The notes under the pieces were generated by a model. It ran no database searches and was not told where the DNA came from. It saw nothing but the letters and a program-made list of their open reading frames with translations. From the IMG/VR virus record IMGVR_UViG_3300020419_000005: a stretch of 64,000 nt of DNA. One strand, 5' to 3'. This document shows positions 57,131 to 64,000 of the stretch, in pieces. The first letter of the stretch is position 1; each line of letters starts with the position of its first letter. This DNA is from a virus. The position numbers were made by a program, and so were the translations under genes.

Positions 57131-59002
57131 TTAGTCAGGTTCGTTTCTGATATAGGATGGATAATTTATAAATTGGATAACACCTATGGCACCTGACGTA
57201 CCTCCAGTGATATTTTCGTTCTTATTCCAGAGGTAATTTCCACTATTTGCAACTGGATTTTTGATAACAAGTTTCTTTGTAGTTGCATCCCAAGATTCAA
57301 CTGTTCCTGTTACTCCACTTAAACTTCCTGTTATTGTTTCACTCTGAACAAAGTCATTAGTGTTATTCATTGTACGGAAAGTAAACTCAATAGTTGCAAC
57401 GTGTGCATCTCCATCACCTAAAGCACCTGCAATAGAAACAGTTGGTGATCTAGCAGGAAGAGACGCATCTGTCATTTGGTCTCCAACTTGGAACAATGAA
57501 GTGTTTTGTCCACCTAATGTTTCCTCAATACCATATAGAGATGATGCAATACCTCCATCAAGACTTATTGCACCTGCATAGTCTGTATTAGTATTTACCA
57601 GATCAGGAATACCATCTCCTGCTCCTTGTAATTCATCATCATCTTCAAACTTTTTATCCTGTATTAGACCTATAGGATCTGTTAACTGAACTATATTGTC
57701 ACCTATAGACTCTACTAATACGTGTGGTTCAACACCAGTTTCAGTAGATCCTGCTGTACCTCCTACAAAGTCAATAACTGCTGACAATGTATTAGATGAT
57801 CCACCATCAATAAATGCTAGTTTATCAACTTCAAATGTCAAATACAGTGCATTTATTGCAGGTCTCCAATCATAAACACGAGCAATCTTATTACTAGAAC
57901 TTTCAGAAGTTCTTATAACACGATCTCCCACATTAAAAATATACTGACTGACACCATTAACATCATCTGCGAGTGAATCTAATGTTACTTTTTGATCATA
58001 TCTAAAGTTAACAGCACGGTCACAACCAACAAAAGATGTAGCAGTTTTACCTGTATATCTAATAACTTCACTTCCAATTAATATTTTTCCTGATCCAGGA
58101 TAAGGTGAAGTAGTCTCAACAAATATTGTTTGATCAGATATACCCACATTATTAATAAGACCAGTTATATTATATAAAAATGAGTTAAATGCTTGTCTGT
58201 TTCTAGACCTTTTTATTAAATCAGTATTTCTAGTAAAAATTACTGAAGGTTCTGATGAAAAACCACCACCAGGATCAAGAACATTTATAGCAGTGATAGC
58301 ACCTAAATCTACAGTAGCAACTGCTCTGGCACCACCTCCACCTCCACCATTGAGTAAAATAACAGGAGGAGTTTGGAAATACTCACCTGCGTTCGATATA
58401 TTTACTGCTTTAACAATACCAAATTCATCTACCTCTGCAACACCAGTAGCACCCTGTCCTCCTCCACCAGATACAATAATATTAATATCACCATTCTCAT
58501 AATTTGATCCAGTATCTTCTAAAGATAAACCAGTAAGTAATCCAGTAACAGGTCTGAGTTCAGCACCTGCACCACCACCACCTTCAATTACAGCAGTGGT
58601 TAGATCATTAAAATACTGATCTCCATTCGATAACATTTGAATGTATTGAATAGCACCCGCAGGTGCTATTAATGTTCCATCAGCAGCATATTGATCAGCA
58701 TCCCATAGGATTGCTTTTGCCTCTGCTCCATATCCTAAACCTGCTGTTGTTAAAGTAATTCTAAATGGATCATATCCTTCACCTGGATCTAATACTTTTA
58801 CAGCAGCAATTTGACCATTAGTAATAACAGGTTCAAGTATTGCTTCTCTTAATGGTGTTCCACAATTTCCAACTTTTAATTCTGGAGGGTCCCCTGCGAC
58901 ATAACCAGTCCCCCCATCATTAACAAATACGTCTTTTATACCATACGTACTGTTAAAGATAGGTTCTATAACTGCTCCTGATCCTGGGACTGTTCTTGTC
59001 AT
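57131..59002 (-). CDS. baseplate-region virion structural protein with Gly-rich beta repeats
   Basis: Repeated [IV]xxxxxGxG[YF]...P...GGGG.GA.A units. Confidence 0.8.
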   Translation of the reverse strand: MTRTVPGSGAVIEPIFNSTYGIKDVFVNDGGTGYVAGDPPELKVGNCGTPLREAILEPVITNGQIAAVKVLDPGEGYDPFRITLTTAGLGYGAEAKAILWDADQYAADGTLIAPAGAIQYIQMLSNGDQYFNDLTTAVIEGGGGAGAELRPVTGLLTGLSLEDTGSNYENGDINIIVSGGGGQGATGVAEVDEFGIVKAVNISNAGEYFQTPPVILLNGGGGGGARAVATVDLGAITAINVLDPGGGFSSEPSVIFTRNTDLIKRSRNRQAFNSFLYNITGLINNVGISDQTIFVETTSPYPGSGKILIGSEVIRYTGKTATSFVGCDRAVNFRYDQKVTLDSLADDVNGVSQYIFNVGDRVIRTSESSSNKIARVYDWRPAINALYLTFEVDKLAFIDGGSSNTLSAVIDFVGGTAGSTETGVEPHVLVESIGDNIVQLTDPIGLIQDKKFEDDDELQGAGDGIPDLVNTNTDYAGAISLDGGIASSLYGIEETLGGQNTSLFQVGDQMTDASLPARSPTVSIAGALGDGDAHVATIEFTFRTMNNTNDFVQSETITGSLSGVTGTVESWDATTKKLVIKNPVANSGNYLWNKNENITGGTSGAIGVIQFINYPSYIRNEPD

Positions 59003-60678
59003 TACCTAATTTCTAATGTTCCAGACATATCGTTGTGGATTGTACACTGATAATATAGAGTGGTAGGTGCATCAAATGGAACTGTAAATGACTGCATAGC
59101 AGTGCTAGATCCACTAATACCTGTAGTATATGGGGTTCCTGATGTTCCAGTTGTGGACTGAATTCTTAGTGGATGAGATGCTCCAGTAGTATTATTGAAA
59201 TCATATGTAAATCCACGATAAAGAATTATAGTAGGATCTGTTGATCCTCCAGATGGTAATCCAGGTCCGTTTACTGTATAGTTTGATTGTCCAACTGCAC
59301 TAAAAACATATAGAAGTGTTGGAGATGGTTTATATACAGTTGCATTATTATATCCTTTAATAGGAGTTGATCCTGCGGGAGCACTTGTACCTTGACGTTT
59401 GAATCCTCTATCAACGTCTTCAAAAGTTGAACCATCGTTAGCAACTTGTAATTCACCGTTGGTATCAAGTTTTATTCTCTTAGTACCAATCTTAATTTCA
59501 GCACCATCTGCTAATTCTAAGTTGTTACTTGCATCAAGTGATAATTTTTTAGTACCACCACTACCAAATCTAATCTCTGCTGATTCTGGAATTTCTAAGT
59601 TACCAGATCCATCAAATTTAATTGCTTTATTAGCATCACCACCAAAACGAATATCTGTTCCTGTAGGTAAATCTAAGTTATTGTTTCCATCAAACTTAAG
59701 TTCTTTAGTAGATCCACTTGCACCAAAACGAATAGAAGCAGCAGCAGGTAGTTCTAATACATCAGAATCAAATGATAATTCTTTACCAGTATCAAACTTA
59801 AGTTTCTGTCCTGCAAGATCTACAACACCATCTTCATCTTGAGTAACTAATTTATTCTTAGATGAAATCTTAACATTACCTGCTACACCTAGTTCTTGAG
59901 TTTGGTTTGCAGTTCCTGTAGCGGTAACTGTAACACTACCACGAGTAGCACCTGCTTCAGCAGTAAATGATGCAAATGCTGCATCAATTTTATTACCAGT
60001 AGAATCTTCAATCTCTAACTCAGTACCAACTTTCATAGCACTGAAACGTGTACGAAGTGCTTCTTCTTGTGTTGAGTTCTCTGATGCTAGTTTAGATGTG
60101 ATAGTACGAGTTGCACCTGTGTCTATACTATGAACAGTATGTTCTACTCTTTTTCTACGAGTAACTTCTTGGTCTGATCCTATAGAAATACCTGTATCAT
60201 CCATCCAAATAGTAGAACTGGATAGATATAAATCCCTAAACTTAAGTGCTGAACTACCTAAGTCATATGTGTTATCGGTGTTTGGTAAAAGATGAGTTGA
60301 AATAACAACGTTGTTTGAACCATTGTTAGTCAAATTAGTAATGGCACTGCCCCCACCGCCACTACCTTGTAAGTCATCACCAGGTTGGAATCTTGAGTTT
60401 GCTGTATTCCACTTCAATACTTGACCATTCGTAATACTCGTTAGGTCTATATCTGTTAAATTAGATGATGCCAGATCACCTTCTGTAAATACTGAACCAT
60501 TCCATTTTAGGACTTGGTTTGTTGATGGTGATCCAACACTAATTTGTAAGTTAGTATCATCACCTAATTGGGTGTATAACTCATTAATAACGTTATTAAT
60601 TTTTATAGCACCGTCTCTGAGGGTATCTCCTGTACCATCATTTGCCGATACACCGACGTTTACATTCTGCTTAGCCAT
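59002..60678 (-). CDS. gp9/gp10-like baseplate fibre-connector protein with C-terminal cupredoxin-like domain
   Basis: MAKQNVNVG..ANDGTGDTLRDG..KIN N-terminus, NGQVLKW repeats, HPL...YYQCTIHNDM; CATAAATA at 60710-60703. Confidence 0.8.
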   Translation of the reverse strand: MAKQNVNVGVSANDGTGDTLRDGAIKINNVINELYTQLGDDTNLQISVGSPSTNQVLKWNGSVFTEGDLASSNLTDIDLTSITNGQVLKWNTANSRFQPGDDLQGSGGGGSAITNLTNNGSNNVVISTHLLPNTDNTYDLGSSALKFRDLYLSSSTIWMDDTGISIGSDQEVTRRKRVEHTVHSIDTGATRTITSKLASENSTQEEALRTRFSAMKVGTELEIEDSTGNKIDAAFASFTAEAGATRGSVTVTATGTANQTQELGVAGNVKISSKNKLVTQDEDGVVDLAGQKLKFDTGKELSFDSDVLELPAAASIRFGASGSTKELKFDGNNNLDLPTGTDIRFGGDANKAIKFDGSGNLEIPESAEIRFGSGGTKKLSLDASNNLELADGAEIKIGTKRIKLDTNGELQVANDGSTFEDVDRGFKRQGTSAPAGSTPIKGYNNATVYKPSPTLLYVFSAVGQSNYTVNGPGLPSGGSTDPTIILYRGFTYDFNNTTGASHPLRIQSTTGTSGTPYTTGISGSSTAMQSFTVPFDAPTTLYYQCTIHNDMSGTLEIR

Positions 60679-60705
60679 AGTAGGGGGGTTTTTCTACAGT
60701 TTTAT

Positions 60706-62073
60706 TTATGTCATATCGAAAGATTCTGACGTATTATCCAAATTTACATCTTGTCTAGTAAAGTCAGGATTGTTATTATCCCGATCAAATGTAACTGGAG
60801 TCATATCGTACTTTCCAATACCAGTGTCAAATTTAAGGATAGAGGAATAATCTATAGACGTTCCAGAACCTGTTACAGTAAGGATCGCTAGATTGCTTAT
60901 TAAAGGTGAGTTTTGTGCTTGTGTTGATGAACCAACTGGACCAGTTAATACACATCTATAACGATAACCCGTCATAAATGGTTGAGCATTTACTGTTAAA
61001 GTTGCAGTAGTATCACCAGTCAAATTAGACCAAGCAAATCCACCATCTGTTGATACTTGCCACTGATACGCAATAGTATCATTTTGTGGTTGTATCTCTG
61101 CTAACAAACTAAACTGTTGTGTATTACCACTTTGAACAGTAGCGTTTGTTGGTTGATTTGTTATAACAAGAGTAGGAGGTTGAGCAGGAGTATCACCACT
61201 TCCACTGTCACCACCAGTAGTTTGTGTAAAACCACTATTTGCAGGAACTGACATTGCCTCTTTCGAGGTCAGACCCATCATAAAAGGAAATACAGGATTT
61301 CCAGAAACATCTTCGGTAAGAAAATATGCAAAAGTACCACTAGGATACTCAGGTGTCACACAATATCTACCATTGTGTGTATCTAATTTACCTGTTCCAC
61401 CAGTGTATTCCCAGTCTTCCATAAACACACCTGCGGGGTATGTTCCACTATAACCAGGTCTACTAGGTGCTTCCTCGCTCCTTACTGTCCATCCAGAGGA
61501 CATTCTGATAACAGATGTAACATTACTGTTAGGATCTGTATATCCCCAAGGACCATATACAGGATAACCGTCAAAAGCATAACCAATTATTTTAGAGTGT
61601 CCATCAGGATGTCTAATATTATCACCATTATATTGAGATGAACCATAATAATCATTATATCCTGCCATCGCCTGATTGTTATTCCAACAATCTAAGAAGT
61701 CGCTGTCGTTATAACGGTACTGACCAGTTGACTCAGGATAACCACCACAACTATCTTCTCCATAATTAAGAGCAGAACTAATACCCGCTGCCACGTAGGA
61801 AAATCCTGACGGGGGCGATCCATCATTTCCTGCACTAGGATTAAAGAAGACGACACCGTTTGCAGCAATACCAATAGCACCCAGACTGACAACCCCAGAA
61901 TTAGACGTGTTTGATCCACCTCTGTGAACAAAGTTGTGGTTGAAAGTATATGATGTAATAGTATTTGTGTTATTGGCATTAGGAAATGTTCCCGAAGTTA
62001 CTGGAAAAGGTAAACCATTACCAGTTACTGTTAGGACATTATTACTGCTGTTATAGGTTGCATTTGCTGCCAT
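60706..62073 (-). CDS. YHYH-family domain plus Ig-like domain protein
   Basis: GIAANGV, HSKIIGYAFDGYPVYGP, LD.HNGR.CVTPEYP.G; QP....V..G...YQWQ..YRYRC Ig; CTAAATA at 62085-62079. Confidence 0.85.
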   Translation of the reverse strand: MAANATYNSSNNVLTVTGNGLPFPVTSGTFPNANNTNTITSYTFNHNFVHRGGSNTSNSGVVSLGAIGIAANGVVFFNPSAGNDGSPPSGFSYVAAGISSALNYGEDSCGGYPESTGQYRYNDSDFLDCWNNNQAMAGYNDYYGSSQYNGDNIRHPDGHSKIIGYAFDGYPVYGPWGYTDPNSNVTSVIRMSSGWTVRSEEAPSRPGYSGTYPAGVFMEDWEYTGGTGKLDTHNGRYCVTPEYPSGTFAYFLTEDVSGNPVFPFMMGLTSKEAMSVPANSGFTQTTGGDSGSGDTPAQPPTLVITNQPTNATVQSGNTQQFSLLAEIQPQNDTIAYQWQVSTDGGFAWSNLTGDTTATLTVNAQPFMTGYRYRCVLTGPVGSSTQAQNSPLISNLAILTVTGSGTSIDYSSILKFDTGIGKYDMTPVTFDRDNNNPDFTRQDVNLDNTSESFDMT

Positions 62074-62081
62074 AAGAGTAT

Positions 62082-64000
62082 TTAGTCGTCGTCAAAGATT
62101 TGTGTAGGTGTGAAGGAACTAAGTGTTGTAGCACCGATGTTAACGGTGAGAACAGCAGAAGTTGATAGAACAGGAACCGCACCATTAGATGTGATACCAA
62201 CACGGAATTCATCATTTGTATCTGCTTGTGTAGTAGCATCAGTTGTGAATGTAGAACTGGTTGCTCCAGTAATATTATTCCAACTTGTTGTTCCGTAATC
62301 TTTCTTCTGCCATTGATATGATAGAGTTCCGTTATTAACATTGATTGCTGAACCCATATATTGATGAGCACCACATACGTAATTAAGGGTAGCAGGAGCA
62401 TCAGCAGCAACCGTGATACTAACACTACGTGTTGTAGCAGCATTAAATCCTGATGCGTAGGTTGCGTAATCTGCAACTTGATTACCGTTAAGACGATATA
62501 CAACACCTGTTTCATATCTACTATTTCCACCGTAAGCAGTTGCATCTTCACTAAAGTAAAGTGCGTGAGTAGAATTACTAATATCATTTTGATTAAACTG
62601 ATATGTTGCTCCACGTACAAATGTAAGAGTTGGTGCTTCAGCATTTGAAGTAAATTGACCACCAGTAAAGTTGTATCCTTTTCCAGATCCTTGATTATAG
62701 TAAGGATGAGATACAGACTTATCAGCAACTGTAATTGCATATGCAACAAGATTAGATATTGTAACTGTTGCAGCAACTTGGAATGTAGCAGTTTGACCTT
62801 GGTTAACAGTAATATTTCTAGGTGCTTCAGTGATTGTTATAAAGTTCTCAATAACTCCAGTACCACCTGATGTAGGAATGAAGTTAGGATCGTAAATATC
62901 AAGACCACCATTTAATGCAGGTCCTGTAGGTCCTAAGTAATCATCTGCAACAGTTGTGTTTGCGTTAATTGTAGGTAGTGTATATCCTTGACCTGCATTT
63001 TTAACATCAATTCTGGCAACACCGATAAGTGCTTTAATACGTCCACCAAATCCTGTTGAAGATATAACATCAACTTGAGGTCTTGTACTATAACCATCAC
63101 CAGAGTTTGTTAATATTGCGTTAGTAATACGTCCTTTCTCAATAGTTGCAAGTGCCTGTGCATTACGTCCTTTAACAGCACCACTATATTCAAATGTAAT
63201 AAGTGAGTTAGAAGATTCAATAAGAGCAACAGTTCTAGTTTCTTCCTCACCATCAATTACAAGTTCGTCACCTGCTTCAATAGGTGGTACAACTGTTGCT
63301 GCAATAACATCAACGTCAGAACCAACATAAGAGAATGCAACGAAGGTTGAACCTGCACGAGGAACTTCAGAGAATATAATTCTAGAACCAACAATCTCAA
63401 AACCAATTCCAGGTTCCTGTATAACACCATTTAACTGACATATAATATTGTTCTCAGGTAAGATTGTATTTGACTGTACACCATCAGTTAGAGTCAATGA
63501 GTAGAACACTCCATTTAACTTCAAGTTGAATGAGTTACGTAATGAATCAAAGTCGAATGATATATCATCTAATTGTCTTAACTTACCTTTATATACACCG
63601 TGGAATGTTGATCCTATAGCAGGTGCTTCAGTAAACTGAATGTTATCTGAGAATGCAGTAAATGCGTAGTCAGCACCAGGTGGTTGTAAGATACCATTTA
63701 CAAAGATCATCATATGTCCTGCGGGATCTGGGAAGTATTGTGTACCGTTTCCTTGAGTTAACTTGAATGACTTCTGTACACCATCAAATCCTCTAAAGAA
63801 TCTACGTACTCTACCTCTTAATGATCTAGCAGATGAACAAGCACCTTTGAAACTATTATCTCCAATAATCTGTGAGTTCTTCTGGAATGTTCCACTTGTT
63901 CCTTCTAAGTGTAATACTGCACGAGTACCAAACTGTGAAATCTTAGCAATCTTACCAAATGCAGTTGTATCTGTTATTGTGACTGCACCAATAGTTGTAT
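62082..64000 (-). CDS. 3' part of a very large virion/baseplate protein (gp7-like), partial
   Basis: Frame stays open from 63713 to the window end. NGILQPP, LDDIS..FD and NGVIQEP repeats; C-terminal Ig plus cupredoxin-like domain. Confidence 0.8.
   Translation of the reverse strand, partial: TTIGAVTITDTTAFGKIAKISQFGTRAVLHLEGTSGTFQKNSQIIGDNSFKGACSSARSLRGRVRRFFRGFDGVQKSFKLTQGNGTQYFPDPAGHMMIFVNGILQPPGADYAFTAFSDNIQFTEAPAIGSTFHGVYKGKLRQLDDISFDFDSLRNSFNLKLNGVFYSLTLTDGVQSNTILPENNIICQLNGVIQEPGIGFEIVGSRIIFSEVPRAGSTFVAFSYVGSDVDVIAATVVPPIEAGDELVIDGEEETRTVALIESSNSLITFEYSGAVKGRNAQALATIEKGRITNAILTNSGDGYSTRPQVDVISSTGFGGRIKALIGVARIDVKNAGQGYTLPTINANTTVADDYLGPTGPALNGGLDIYDPNFIPTSGGTGVIENFITITEAPRNITVNQGQTATFQVAATVTISNLVAYAITVADKSVSHPYYNQGSGKGYNFTGGQFTSNAEAPTLTFVRGATYQFNQNDISNSTHALYFSEDATAYGGNSRYETGVVYRLNGNQVADYATYASGFNAATTRSVSITVAADAPATLNYVCGAHQYMGSAINVNNGTLSYQWQKKDYGTTSWNNITGATSSTFTTDATTQADTNDEFRVGITSNGAVPVLSTSAVLTVNIGATTLSSFTPTQIFDDD

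Noticed and set aside
62051-62776. 241-aa alternate-frame ORF (also 10181, 11333, 13132, 23650, 27015)
   Set aside because: Leu/Gln-rich off-frame reads of real genes; no evidence of independent coding.
1-64000. tRNA, rRNA, integrase or transposase
   Set aside because: Intergenic gaps are short and explained by promoters and terminators; no cloverleaf or recombinase motifs seen.

Overview
Core structural and replication region of a T4-like marine cyanophage (Kyanoviridae-type myovirus). It is AT-rich, and pcyA, hsp20 and many 2OG-Fe(II) oxygenases point to a Prochlorococcus/Synechococcus host. Almost everything is on the - strand. From right to left: large baseplate/fibre genes (partial gp7-like giant, YHYH/Ig protein, gp9-like, gp8, VrlC-like, 2050-aa fibre); neck, tail, packaging and head genes (gp13-gp23, gp3); uvsY/uvsW, gp55, gp47/46; a zincin-VWA plus MoxR/'CobS' ATPase pair; gp45/44/62 interrupted by a DenV-like gene, dam and four 2OG oxygenases; regA; a cassette of small membrane proteins; hsp20. 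The only + strand genes are three secreted beta-rich proteins (845-2514) behind a palindromic late promoter. Most interesting observations: (i) this secreted trio plus the adjacent membrane cassette as a candidate phage-encoded envelope pore/lysis system; (ii) a 584-aa basic protein built like a polyprotein of modules separated by gp21-type cleavage sites; (iii) type-1 copper (cupredoxin) motifs on two putative baseplate proteins flanking a degenerate YHYH protein; (iv) a bistable 5' leader RNA; (v) strong RGCY depletion; (vi) dam embedded among oxygenases; (vii) an antisense sigma70 promoter behind gp55. No tRNA, rRNA, CRISPR or mobile element was seen. All family calls are from motif recognition, not database searches.
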